This document shows, piece by piece, positions 28,801 to 39,732 of a stretch of 64,000 bases of DNA. The stretch spans positions 36,775 to 100,774 of the forward strand of contig CAWJKR010000013.1 of the NCBI GenBank assembly GCA_963843505.1, read 5' to 3'. The notes under the pieces were generated by a model. It saw nothing but the letters and a program-made list of their open reading frames with translations. It was not told where the DNA came from and did not search any database. Position numbers and translations under genes: made by a program. How positions within the stretch are numbered: position 1 is the first letter of the stretch; each line of letters starts with the position of its first letter. This DNA is from Candidatus Aminicenantes bacterium. GTDB taxonomy: Bacteria; Acidobacteriota; Aminicenantia; Aminicenantales; Saccharicenantaceae.

Positions 28801-30767
28801 CAGGACGTCGTGGATCGATCTCCCACGGTCCCTCACGGCGAGCGTCTCGTCGTTGAAGCGGCGGCCCTCGCAGTCGGGGCAGACGATGTCGACGTCGCCC
28901 AGGAAGTGCATGCCGATCTGCAGGAGCCCGGCGCCCTGGCACGTCTCGCACCGGCCGCCGGCGACGTTGAACGAGAACCGGCCCTTGCCGAAGCCTTTGG
29001 CCTGCGGCTTCGGGGAGCGCGGCGAACAGGTCGCGGATGCGGTCGGAGAGGCCCGTGTAGGTCGCCGGATTGGACCGGGGCGTCCGGCCGATGGGGGATT
29101 GGTCGACCTCGACGACGCGGCCCGCGGTCCCTTCGACCTCGACGCCGTCGGCGTCCGGTCCCGGCCCGAAGCGCCCGGTCCGGAGCCGTTCGGCCAGGAC
29201 GCGACGGACGAGCGTGGATTTGCCCGCGCCCGACACGCCCGTCACGACGTTCAAGGCGCCGAGGCGGAACTCGACGTCGACGGACTTGAGGTTGTGCAGG
29301 CGGGCCCCCCGGACGAGGAGCCGTCCCGTTCCGGAGCGGCCGCGGGAGCGGATGGCGGGGACCCTGTCGCCCGTCAGGTAATCGCGGGTCAGGCTCTCGC
29401 CCCGCGGCAGCCCGGCGATCGCGGCCGCCGGACCTTGATAGAGGACCCGGCCGCCCGCCTCCCCCGGGCCCGGCCCGAGGTCGATGAGATGGTCGGCCGC
29501 GCGCATGACCTCCTCGTCGTGCTCGACGACGAGGACCGTGTTGCCGTTGTCGCGGAGCTCGGCCAGCAGGTCCCAGGAGCCGCGCGGTGTCGGCCGGATG
29601 AAGGCCGGCCGTCGGCTCGTCGAGGACGTAGAGGACGCCCCGCAGCCCGCTCCGGGCCTGCGCGGCCAGCCGGATGCGCTGGATCTCGCCGCCGGAGAGC
29701 GTGTCGGCGGCGCGGTCGAGGCGCAGGTAGCCGAGCCCGAGGCGTTCGAGGAGGCCGTCTTCCCGAGCAGGGACTCGCGCACCGCGTCGCCCGCGGCCCG
29801 GCAGGACGGGTCGAAGGCCAGGCTCCGGAACTCCGCGGCCAGGCCGCGGACGCTCATCTCGCTGAAGTCGGCGATGGTGCGCCCCGCGACGGTCACCCGG
29901 AGGGACTCGGGCCTGAGGCGGCGCCCGCCGCAGGCGCGGCAGGCGAGCGTCCGGGCGAAGCGCAGGATGTTGTCGTTCCTTTTGGCTTTGAGGATGGTCT
30001 CCATGACCGGCAGGATGCCCTTGTAGAGTCCCTTCCTCCCGCGGCTTGGCGACGATGCCCTTCCAGCGGAGCCGCGATTCGAGCGGGTGCTTGCCGTAGC
30101 GGATGAGGATGCGGTCGCTCCCGTCGAGGACGACGCGGCGCTGGTCCTCGGTCAGGTCGCGCCAGGGGATGTCGACGGAAAAGCCGTGGGCCCGGCAGAC
30201 CTCGTCCAGGACCTCCATGGTCACCTGGGAATAGATGATGTATCCGTTCGGCGTCGTCAGGGCCAGGGCCCCCTGCCGCAGGGTCTTGGCCGGATCGGAG
30301 ACGAGGAGATCGGGATCGATGCGGTCCTCGACGCCCAGGCCCCGGCAGACCGGGCAGGCCCCTTCGGGGGAGTTGAACGAGAACATCCGCCGCGACAGGC
30401 GCAGCCCGTCGGGCGAATGCCCGAGACGGGCGAAGAGCAGCCGGAGGTCGTCGTGGATCTCGGTCAGCGTTCCCACCGTGGACCGGGGACCCGGCGACGA
30501 GATCCTCTGGCTCACGGCCACGGCGGGGGAGAGGCCGCTGACATGGCCGACGTCGGGCCGCCGGAGCTTGCCCATGAACTGGCGGGCGTAGGACGAGAAG
30601 GTCTCGAGGTAGCGCCGCTCGGCCTCCCGGAAGATGACGTCGAAGACGAGCGAGGATTTTCCCGAACCGGAAACGCCGGTGACGACGGTCATCCGGCCGT
30701 GGGGGATGTCGACGTCGATGTCACGGAGGTTGTTCTCGGCCGCGTGGCGGACGGTCAGGACGCTCAT
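25861..30767 (-). pseudogene. tandem-duplicated UvrA-like ABC ATPase (two class-II, UvrB-binding-domain-less UvrA units in one frame); roughly 8-10 apparent frameshifts
   Basis: Four ABC modules in series. (1) [32 protein letters not shown]...[12 protein letters not shown]. (2) [30 protein letters not shown]...[12 protein letters not shown]. (3) [33 protein letters not shown]...[12 protein letters not shown]. (4) [33 protein letters not shown]...[12 protein letters not shown]...SHTG. No stop or obvious start separates units 1 and 2. The 3' end is uncertain: ORF 25424..26164 runs on, and a TAA at 25861-25863 is reached after a 1-nt shift. Confidence 0.75.
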
Positions 30768-30842
30768 GAGGGGCCTATTATCCCCGCCGGTGGAGGATCG
30801 GTCAAACCGAGACCGGAATCATGACGGGATTCCGGCGGATCG

Positions 30843-31694
30843 CTATCGGAGATAGGCCCGGGCGCCGGCGTAGTGCGACTTGAAATAAGCGCTCCCGAGG
30901 GATTCGCGGCGGACGTTCTTGCCGCTCCCCGGGGCGTGGATAAAGACGCCGTCCCCGATATAGATCCCGACGTGGCTGAGCTCCCCGCCCGGCGAGGCCG
31001 AGAAAAAGACGAGATCGCCCTTCGTCAACCGGTCCCCGGCGACCGCCGTTCCCGCCCGGTATTGGTCCCGGACGGACCGGGGCATGGCCAGGCCGTTCAG
31101 CTGATAGACCGCCTGGACGAGACCGCTGCAATCGAAGCCCGAACGCGTCGACGTTCCCCCCCACGCGTAGTCCACCCCGATGAAGCCCTCCGCCGTGACC
31201 GTGAGTCTCTCGCGGATATCCGACACTAACGGAGCGGGCCGGCCCGCCGCCGGAGCCGGGGGGCCGGGCTTGACCACGGCGTACTCGTCGGGACCGACGA
31301 TCAGATATTCGGCGATGCGCCCCGCCGCCTTCAGCTTCCGGGCCTCCGCGAGGGCGGCGTCCCGGGTGGGGTAGTTCCCGAAGCGGACCTTGAAGAGGCC
31401 GGACCCCGACGGAAAATAGAACGCGTCCAGGCCCGCGGCGGCGAGGTCCCCGGCCAGGGCCCGGGCGTTGTCCAGGACCGCGAAGGCCCCCACCTGGATG
31501 GTGTAGCCCATGCGGGCCAGCGGCGCTTCGGCCGCGGCGGCGGTCCGGTCCGCCGGGTTGGCGACGGCCGGCGAGGGGGCGGCGGGGTTGGGAACCGGAG
31601 ACGGGGCGGTCCTGACGGCCGTCCGGCACCCGGCGAACAGGGCCGAAGCGACGGCGAAAAGCCAGAAAGCGGCTCTGGCCCGGAACGAGCTCAT
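30843..31694 (-). CDS. lipoprotein with SPOR domain and NlpC/P60 (C40) peptidoglycan endopeptidase domain
   Basis: Intact 283-aa ORF. Lipobox ALFAGC. SPOR-like YTIQVGAFAVLDNARALAGDL...FKVRFGNYPTRDAALAEARKL. NlpC/P60: YAWGGTSTRSGFDCSGLVQAVY...SHVGIYIGDGVFIHAP. Confidence 0.85.
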   Translation of the reverse strand: MSSFRARAAFWLFAVASALFAGCRTAVRTAPSPVPNPAAPSPAVANPADRTAAAAEAPLARMGYTIQVGAFAVLDNARALAGDLAAAGLDAFYFPSGSGLFKVRFGNYPTRDAALAEARKLKAAGRIAEYLIVGPDEYAVVKPGPPAPAAGRPAPLVSDIRERLTVTAEGFIGVDYAWGGTSTRSGFDCSGLVQAVYQLNGLAMPRSVRDQYRAGTAVAGDRLTKGDLVFFSASPGGELSHVGIYIGDGVFIHAPGSGKNVRRESLGSAYFKSHYAGARAYLR

Positions 31695-31827
31695 GGTCTT
31701 ATCCTACCTGAATTTGGTCGAATGAAGGCCGGAAAAGCGGAACTTTCCCGCTCCGGATCCGAGCTCGCGACTGCCGTCGCGGGGACATGTACCTTGGGTA
31801 CGCGTCCCCGCGAGGATGGGACGGCCT

Positions 31828-32754
31828 CTAGCGGATCGTCTTCAGGATCTCGATCTCCTGGAGGGCCAGGTCGGCCTTGGCTTGGGCGGCGTCCAATCCG
31901 AGCTCCAATCCCTTGACCTCGTCGACCGTGACCAAACCGACGGCGTCTTTGGCCCGGAGGTCTTCGAGTCGAGGCCGGATGGTATCGATCGAGGACTGGG
32001 CCTCGCGCAGCTCCTTTTCGGCCGCGCTCATCCGGGTTTGGATCTCCAGCTCTCCGGCGGAGATCTCGCCCGTGAGGAACCGCCGCCGCAAGGCCAGCCG
32101 ATTTTCGATGTCTCCGAGGCCCGCCTCCTGGCCCGCGAGCGCGGCAGCGAACGCGCTCAGGGCGCTCTTCGGCGCCAGTCCCAGCTCGACCCGATGCCGC
32201 AGAGTGCGTTCGGTGCGGGCCCGTCGTAGGTCCAGATCGGCTTGGAGCACCTTCTTCTCGATCCCCAGCCGTTCCCCGACAAAGTCGCGACCGCCGACGA
32301 GGGGAGCATAGAGCTCGTCGCGCGGGGCTTCCCCGGACGCCTTGGCTTCCGCGAGATCGAGGATCGACTTCTCCAGGTCGGCCGCGGCCCTATCGGCCCC
32401 CAGCTTCGCGACCAGGGACTCATCCTCGCCGATAAGGCCAATGGAAAACCTGCCTTCGGCCTGGGTCGCCCGGTCCTTCTTGAGCTCCAGGAAGGCCGTC
32501 TTGATCTTGACCTCGGTTTCCAGCCGGGCGACCTCGATCTTCTTCCGCCAGGAGTCCTTGATGAGGTCGGCCGCCTTGGTCGCGGCCACGCCCAGGAGCA
32601 GGATGCCGGCGGCGAGACTCAGCGCCGCGACGCTCCGCGGCACGGCGATCCGCCCGGGGGCCGGTTTCAGATGCTCCCGGCGGCGGAACTCCGAGGCCAA
32701 TTGCCACTCCAGACGGTCCACGAACTTGGGGTCGGGTTCGAATCGGCTAGACAT
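31828..32754 (-). CDS. putative anti-sigma factor / single-pass membrane protein with coiled-coil periplasmic domain
   Basis: Intact 308-aa ORF overlapping the upstream ECF sigma gene by 8 nt. Short cytoplasmic N-terminus, one TM (VAALSLAAGILLLGVAA), then a long helical region. Confidence 0.55.
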   Translation of the reverse strand: MSSRFEPDPKFVDRLEWQLASEFRRREHLKPAPGRIAVPRSVAALSLAAGILLLGVAATKAADLIKDSWRKKIEVARLETEVKIKTAFLELKKDRATQAEGRFSIGLIGEDESLVAKLGADRAAADLEKSILDLAEAKASGEAPRDELYAPLVGGRDFVGERLGIEKKVLQADLDLRRARTERTLRHRVELGLAPKSALSAFAAALAGQEAGLGDIENRLALRRRFLTGEISAGELEIQTRMSAAEKELREAQSSIDTIRPRLEDLRAKDAVGLVTVDEVKGLELGLDAAQAKADLALQEIEILKTIR

Positions 32755-33253
32755 GGGTCCCTCCTTCGAGCCGAGGATCGGGCAGGACGGCCCGCAGCGA
32801 TCCCCTGGCCCGCCGCAATAGGCCTTCGACGGCGCGTTCGGAAACGGACATCTCGCCGGCGATCTCGCGGACGCTGAGGCCGTCGAAATAGAAGGCTTCG
32901 AGGGCCCGGGCCTTGCGCCGGCCGAGCGAGGCGATGGCCAGGAAGATCTCCAGGGATTCGAATTCGTCCGCGGGCGTGCGCGGCTCGACGCCGTCGGCTC
33001 CGCGCGGCCCGGCGTCGGCGTCCCATTTCTTCCGCCTGAGATAGTCGATCAGGATGTTCCGCGCGACCTGCTTCAACCAAGCCAGCGGCGTTTCCGGGAC
33101 GGCTTTCGTCTTCCAGCTGTCGATGGCCCTCAAGTAGGACTCCTGGACGATGTCCTCCGTCAGGGCCCTGTCACCCCCCGTCCGCTTGGCCAGGTAGCCG
33201 TAGAGGGGGTGGACCGTCTCCCGGTAGATCCGCAGCCATTGTTCTTCTAGCAA
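32747..33253 (-). CDS. ECF (sigma-70 family group 4) RNA polymerase sigma factor
   Basis: Intact 168-aa ORF with AAGGAG upstream of a TTG start. Region 2 DIVQESYLRA...WLKQVARNILIDYLRRK. Region 4 EAFYFDGLSVREIAGEMSVSERAVEGLLRRAR. Confidence 0.9.
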   Translation of the reverse strand: MLEEQWLRIYRETVHPLYGYLAKRTGGDRALTEDIVQESYLRAIDSWKTKAVPETPLAWLKQVARNILIDYLRRKKWDADAGPRGADGVEPRTPADEFESLEIFLAIASLGRRKARALEAFYFDGLSVREIAGEMSVSERAVEGLLRRARGSLRAVLPDPRLEGGTHV

Positions 33254-33429
33254 GGCTTCCGGCTCCTTATTCTTGACATCCTACTCTCATGACGAACGGG
33301 CGACCCGAAAACCCCCGCCCCCAAGAAAAAAGGATCTCCCTGAGCCTCCGCTCTCGAGGCGGCGATGGGTATCGTCTCGAAGATCCCCGTCCGGGAAAGA
33401 GAAGAAAGCGCTTTTCGGAAGTCCGGTCG

Positions 33430-35484
33430 TTATTTAAGCCACTGGTCGAGCCAGGCGATGACCGTCTCGTGCCAGAGGATGGAGTTGGCCGGCTTGAGGA
33501 CCCAGTGGTTCTCGTCGGGGAAGTAGAGGAACTTGGACGGGATGCCGCGCCGCTGCAGGACGTTGAACGATCCGATCCCCTGCGTCTCGACGACCCGGAA
33601 GTCCTGGCCGCCGTGGACGACCAGCATGGGCGTCTTCCAGTTCTTGACGAAATTGGCCGGATTGTGCTTCTCGAAGCTCTGCGGAGTTGTCCCAGGGCGT
33701 GCCCATGTGGTCCCACTCGGGGAACCAGAGCTCCTCGGTCTCGAAGTAGGCGGCCCGCTCGTCGATGTTGCCGTCGTGGGCGACCAGGCACTTGAAGCGG
33801 TCGGGCCAGTTGCCGGCGATCCAGTTGATCATGTAGCCGCCGTACGAGGCGCCCAGGGCGCCGACCCGCGTCCCGTCCATCCAGGGATACTTGCGCGAGC
33901 GCCGCGGCCAGGCCCTTCTTGAGGTCCTCGAGCGGCTTGCCGCCCCAGTCGCCGCGGATGGCGTCGCAGAAGGCCTGGCCGTAGCCGGTCGAGCCGTGGA
34001 AATCGACCATGACCGCGGCGTAGCCGGCGCCGGCGTAGGCCTGGGGGTTCCAGCGATAGTGGAAGTCGTTGCCGAACGAGCCCTGCGGCCCGCCGTGGAT
34101 CAGGAAGGCGACCGGGTACTTCTTGGCCGCGTCGAAATCGACCGGCTTGACGATGTAGCCGTAGACCGTCTCGTTGTTCCAGCCCTTGAAGCTGAACTGC
34201 TCGGGCTCGCCCATGCCGGACGGCGGCGACCTTGGCCGCGTTGATCGCGGTCAGGGCCTTCTCGCCCGCGCCGGGCGTCGACGGTAATAGATCTCGGTCG
34301 GCGAGGTCAGGGTGTTCCGCTCGAAGACGACGCCGTCGCCCAGCGGGGGCGAAACCGGCCACGGTGCCCTGGCCGACGAGCGTTTCCGCCTTCCCGGTCG
34401 CGGCGTCGACGGCGAAGAGCGAGGTCTGGCCCTTGTTGGGCGCCGTGGCCAGGATCTTCTTGCCGTCCTTGGCCCAACCGAGCGAGGCCACCGAGAAGTC
34501 CCAGGCCTCGGTCAGGACGCGCGGCTGTCCGTCCGGCCAGTCGCGGAGCACGATGCGGAAGCGGTCGGCCTCGTAGCCGGGACGGGCCATGGCCGCGTAG
34601 GCCAGGGTCTTTCCGTCCGGCGAGAAGGCCGGCAAGGTGTCCATGGCCTTGTTGGCCTCGGTCAGGCAGCGCGGGGCGGCCGAGCCGTCGATCGGGCACA
34701 TAATAGAGGTCGAAGTCCGTGGACCAGGCCTCCTCGCGGCCGGCGTCCTTGGCCGCGAAGACGAGGCCCTTGCCGTCGGGCGTGAAGGCGATCTCCTCGG
34801 TCCCGCCGAACGGCTTGTTGGGCGTGTCGGCGTCCATGGCCGGCATCAGGTCCTTGGCCTCGCCGCCGCCGTGCATCGGCACGTAGAAGAGATGGGAGCG
34901 GCGGCCGTCGCTCCAGGTGTCCCAATGGCGGACGAAGAGCTTCTCGTAGAGGCGTCCGGTGGCCTTGCCCTTTTGCGATCGGCCTCGAGCTTGGCGGCCG
35001 TCGCCTCGGGGGTCAGGCCGGGGAAGACGTCCATCGTGAAGGCCAGCTTGGCCCTGGCCACGACCAGGTTGCCGACGTCGAGCGGCAAGCGGGTCCACTG
35101 CTCGGCCTCGCCGCCGTCGACCTTGATGCGCCAGACCTGCGACGAACCCGACCGCGTCGAGAGGAAGAAGATCCATTGGCCGCAGGGGGTCCAGCGGGCG
35201 TTGAAGTCGGAGGCGGGGTGATTCGTCAGGCGGCGCAGGCCTTTGCCGTCGGTCCCGACGAGCCAGATGTCGGTGCGGCCGCGGTTGGCCGCCAGGTCGG
35301 TCTCGCGGACGGTGAAGACGATCCATTTGCCGTCCGGCGAGACCTGGCTATCGGAGATCCGGTCCATGGCCAGCATGTCGTGGATGGTCAACGGATGGGT
35401 CTTTTCCGGCGCCTGGGCCGCGGCGAAGGACGCCAGACACAGCGAGACCGCCAAGGCCAGAAGAACGACGGCGAAGCGACGCAT
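33430..35484 (-). pseudogene. S9-family serine peptidase (beta-propeller + alpha/beta hydrolase; prolyl oligopeptidase/DPP-type); about 5-6 apparent frameshifts
   Basis: Signal peptide MRRFAVVLLALAVSLCLASFAAAQA. Propeller-type repeats (SPDGKWIVF, FTPDGKGLVF, FSPDGKTLAY). Catalytic region FLIHGGPQG, GASYGGYM (GxSxGG), VVHGGQDFRV, PDENHW. The pieces lie in ORFs 34846..35568, 34307..35326, 33829..34701, 33267..34214, 33434..33880 and 33430..33627. Confidence 0.8.
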
Positions 35485-35657
35485 GGTCCACCTCTTTGCG
35501 GAGTAGAAGCTCGGAGCCCCGGCGGGGCCCACGCGATGCATATAGCACACCGTTCCCGAGGCCGTCAAACGGCCGGCCGCGGACCCGAGGCCGCTATTTC
35601 ACCCCGACGATCCTGACCGGGCCGAGGAGTCCCGAGGGCAGAAGAGGCGAATCGGCC

Positions 35658-38600
35658 TTATAGAATTCGACCGCTGTGTAGGTGGTAGGTTTTCGCGGCC
35701 CCGGGCTGCTTGTCGCCGATGAGGCGGTTGACCCACAGGTTGGCCACCTTGATCTCGAGCGTGTTGGGGCCGGGCTTCAGGGCCTCGGTCGCGTCGACGC
35801 GGAAGGGCGCCTTCCAGGCCGTGCCCAATGGAGCGCCGTTGACCTTGACCTCGGCCAGGTTCTTGACGTTGCCCAGGTCGAGCCAGAGCCGGGCCCCGGA
35901 GACGAACCAATGCGCGGGGACGTCGAAGCTCGCCGTGTAGGTCGCCGTTCCGGAGAAATACTTGATCCCCGGATCGGCGTTTTCGCTCCAGGAGCTCAGC
36001 GCGTCGAACCGGGCCGAGGCCGGGGCGCCGCGGCCGGGCTGGAAGGCCACGGTCCAAGGGCCGGCGATCTTGGCCAGCTCCGTTTCGACCGGGTCCGGCA
36101 GGGCCCGCGCGGGCGCGGCGGCCGCCTTTCGGAAGACCACGAACACGGCGTCGTCGGGCGCGAGACGCAGGGGCACGACGGTCCGGCCGTTGGCGATGAG
36201 ATAGGACGCGGGCTCGACGAGGCCGGTCTCGGCGTGCCAGAGCTCGGGCGCTTTTCCCGTGACCCGGAAGCTGGCCTCCAGAGTCTCCCGGCGGGTGTTG
36301 CCGTTGACGACCCAATAGATGTCGCCGTCGGGAAGAAGGCGGTGGACGAAAGCGAGGCTCGTATCCTGGCGCGGCTTGGTGTACGTGAAGTCGGGCGACG
36401 CCCCGATCATGGCCATGGCCTGGGCGATCGTCAGGCGGCCGATGGCCTTGCCTTCATGAGCGCTACCGTCCCAGAGCTCGTCCGCGATGGCCCGGAATTC
36501 CGTCTGGTCGTCGGCCAGGCTGGGGCTGTCGATGGGCTTGGGGCCGGCGACGGCCGCCCCGGCCTTCAGCAGCTCGCGGATCTTCTTCAGGACGGCGAGC
36601 GACATGTGCCGGCGTTGGGATCGAGCGCGAGGAGCCGATAGCTCATGCCGGTCGGCGTAACGATCCGGCCGTCCTTCACGGACAGACGGTTCAGGACGAC
36701 GTCGGAGCTGGCGAAGTCGAAGCTGTAGCCGGCCGGGATGTCGGGCATCTTCTCGCCGAAGAGGGCCGTGACGTTGGAATCCTCGCCGTAGTAGTAGAGG
36801 ATATCGGCGACGAACTGGCCTTGCTGGAGCATGTAGGAGCTGCGGGAGAGGTAAGTCGTCCATGGCAGAGCCATCTCCGCCCAGGTCTCGTGCCGGGTGA
36901 ACCACTGGCCGAACGGCCCGAGCCCGAGGCCGGGGATCTTGTCGTCGACGGGCTGGTGGACCGAGGTGTGGATGACGAACCGGTTGAGGCCGTTCGACAT
37001 CATCCGGTCGGCCGTGGATTTCAGGGTCTCGGGGGAGAACATCCAGGCGTTGCGGTAGACGGTCAGCGATTCCGCCGCGACCAGGTTCTGGCCGTAGATG
37101 TGGGCGACCGACGGCCGATTCGCGGACGTCGGCGTCGTGGTACGTGCTCGGCCTGCCCGGGCCCCTCGAGCCAGGTGGCGCTCATGGGGATCGCGGCCTG
37201 CCGCTTGACGTCCATGCCGTCGCCGATGAAGGCCCGGCCGCCTTCGTGCGATTCCGTGTAGCGGCCCATGCCGCGGGCGCGCAGGATGTCGGTCAGCTGA
37301 TCGTAGTGGTTCTCGGCGACGAGGTCGCTCAGGGTCTTGCGGAAGTCCCAGAGGAAGCGGTCGCTCGCCTCGGCGCTCTCGACGATCCGGCCGGCCAGGA
37401 CCGGAAGCCAGGGTCGCATGTCATAGCCGCGGCGGCGGGCGAACTCGGCGAACATCTTGTCCGTCCAGTTGGCGGTCCCGGCCTCCCAGCTGTCCGTGAT
37501 CACGTACTGGAGACCGCGCTGGCCCATGAGGCCGCCGGTGGCGTTCTTGTACTGGTCGAGATAGTTGTCGAAGTAGGCCTTGACGTGGGCCCGGTCGAGC
37601 TTGTCGACCTCGAGGCCCGTGGCCTCCGGGGAGGCCGGGGAATTGCGGGCCCCGGTGAGCGAGTAGCCGAAGCGGAGGACGATCCAGCGTCCCTCGGGCG
37701 GGGTCCAGTCGAGCCGGCCGTCGGGCCGCATTTTCGACGTCAGATCGACGACGTCGGTTTTGCCCACGACGTCGCCGGCCCGGACCGTGGGCGTGGCCAA
37801 TTCATAGAGGCCGGCGGTCGCGTCGAACGCGGCCTTGTCCTGGAACCGGTTGACCGGGGAAGCCGCGTGGAGGACGAGCTCCGACACCTTGGCGCCGGCG
37901 GGGATCTCGGGTGTCGCCTGGGGCCCCGGCCGGGCACCTTCCTGCGGGGCCAGGGTCCTGATGCTGACGCGGAAATACTTGGCCGAAACGGGAGCGAAGG
38001 CCACGGTCACGGCGCCGCCCGGGACTTGAACGACGGGGCGAAAGGCCCGGCCGTCGTCGCTCGACTCCAATTCCGGATCAGCGAAGCGGCCGCCGCGGTC
38101 GCCCCTCAGGATCCAGAGCGTGAGCCCGCGCACGGTCTGGGAGCCGGGGAATTCGAATTGGATCCAGGCCTTTCCATCGACCGGGGCGGCCGGCAGCAGG
38201 GCGGCCTTGGCGAGATCACCGTCGGTGAGGGCGGCCAGATCGAAGGCGCCCGCCGCTCGAGGTGACCTTGGCCCCGAGCTCGGCGGGCGCATGCTCGTTC
38301 TCCGGCGCCCGGAAGGCGACGACGGCGCTGTCGGCATAAAACACCGGTTCTTTGTCCCGTCCGGTGCCCATGTTCTGGTAAGGGCCTGTCGTCGACGGCG
38401 GTTTCGGCAGCACTCCGCTGAAGGGCCGGCCGCCCTCGATCCGGGTCTCGCTCCAAACGTACTTTTTCATCGCCTGCGCCGGAGTGACCCAAGGGCCGCC
38501 GCTCTCGCTCCATCCGGGCGAGCCGGCGATGGCCATCTCCAGGCCGAGCCGGTCGGCCAGCGTCGCGGTGAATCTGAAAGCGTCCTTCCAGGCCGGGGTC

Positions 38601-38878
38601 ATGTAGACGAGCCGCTTGGCGACGATCTGGGGCGTGTCGAGCCCGGCGTCGAAGTTCTGGAAGCCGGCGATGCCGGCGCGCTTCATCCATTCGAGGTCGG
38701 CCTGGATGCCTTCCTTGGTGATGTTGCCGCTCATCCAATGCCACCAGACGCGCGGTTTGGCGCTGTCGGGCGGGGCCTGGAAGCCCTGGGCGAGCGGATC
38801 GCCCGGGCCCTGGGCGGAAACGATCCCCATGCCGAGCAGGACGGCGATCGCCGCGGCGAGACAGGCCGTTTTCATCAA
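35658..38878 (-). pseudogene. large secreted glycoside-hydrolase-like protein (GH106-like N-terminus, F5/8- and GH2-type sugar-binding-like modules); about 4 apparent frameshifts
   Basis: Signal peptide MMKTACLAAAIAVLLGMGIVSAQG. PRVWWHWMSGNITKEGIQADLEWMKRAGIAGFQNFD is typical of this hydrolase family. C-terminus KYFSGTATYTASFDVPAHW...LDLGNVKNLAEVKVNGAPLG...NRLIGD. The pieces lie in ORFs 38216..38878, 37063..38337, 36587..37042 and 35658..36905. Confidence 0.6.
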
Positions 38879-38958
38879 TGGCCGATGTTCTTTTCATGGA
38901 CGGGTCACCTTTCACCGAGATACGATCAGGGAGGCCGGGCTCAACCCTTTGGGAGTCA

Positions 38959-38988
38959 AGGATATGGCGGGCGGACAACCGATGTCAA
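38959..38988 (-). promoter_or_regulatory. sigma70-type promoter candidate on the minus strand (TTGACA-N18-TATCCT)
   Basis: Reverse complement of 38983-38988 is TTGACA and of 38959-38964 is TATCCT. About 80 nt upstream of the hydrolase start at 38878. Confidence 0.35.
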
Positions 38989-39041
38989 CTCGGCGACGAT
39001 ATAAGGCGAGGGAGGCGTCCCGGCTCGTGTCCAGGGCGCGT

Positions 39042-39593
39042 CTATTTGGCCTTTGCGATCTTGGCGATGATGCCGTCGATCCAGCCCAAGGCGGTCTCTT
39101 TGGCGCCGTAGAAATTGTTGACGCCGACGCCCACCAAGCCATCCTGGCCCTTGCCAGTCCAAACGATGCGCCAGGTCACGAGGTCGGGCCCGCTTCCCCC
39201 GCCGACCCAGGGGATTATGACCTTACGGCACTTTAGGACTCCGTCGTGATAGCGCTCGGTCCCGCACGGCTCCTCCCGGGTCATGGAGCCAGGGATCTGT
39301 AGGGCCGGATCCTCAGGCTGTTTTGCGGCCATGTCGAGGACCATATCGGCCATGGGGCTGCTTCGCCACGTGATCTCGAGCGTGATGCCCTGGTCCATAT
39401 GGGGTTTGGGGAAATTTTCGTTGGGCTTGGTGGCGTTTATGAAGATGGAGCCGCCGAGGTTGCGTTCTCCCGTGACCGTGAATCCCGCCGGGAGAACGTC
39501 TGCCGCAGGCGGAAGCTGGGCGGAGACCGCGGTCGAGAGAACCAGGAGCGCCGCGAACATCAAGGGCAACGTCGTTTTTCTTCGGTTCTGCAA
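39042..39593 (-). CDS. secreted hypothetical protein
   Basis: Intact 183-aa ORF with signal peptide MQNRRKTTLPLMFAALLVLSTAVSAQ. No family recognised. Confidence 0.6.
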   Translation of the reverse strand: MQNRRKTTLPLMFAALLVLSTAVSAQLPPAADVLPAGFTVTGERNLGGSIFINATKPNENFPKPHMDQGITLEITWRSSPMADMVLDMAAKQPEDPALQIPGSMTREEPCGTERYHDGVLKCRKVIIPWVGGGSGPDLVTWRIVWTGKGQDGLVGVGVNNFYGAKETALGWIDGIIAKIAKAK

Positions 39594-39732
39594 GAGACCC
39601 TCCTTATGAAGACCGGCTTATGGCGGGCATTATCGTCGATGAGACGCATGAGGTCAAGGGTTGGAACCCCATCAACCTTTATAGGTGCCGAAACGTAGAT
39701 ATGGTATTATCCCCGAAAAGGGTGTGCCGCAC

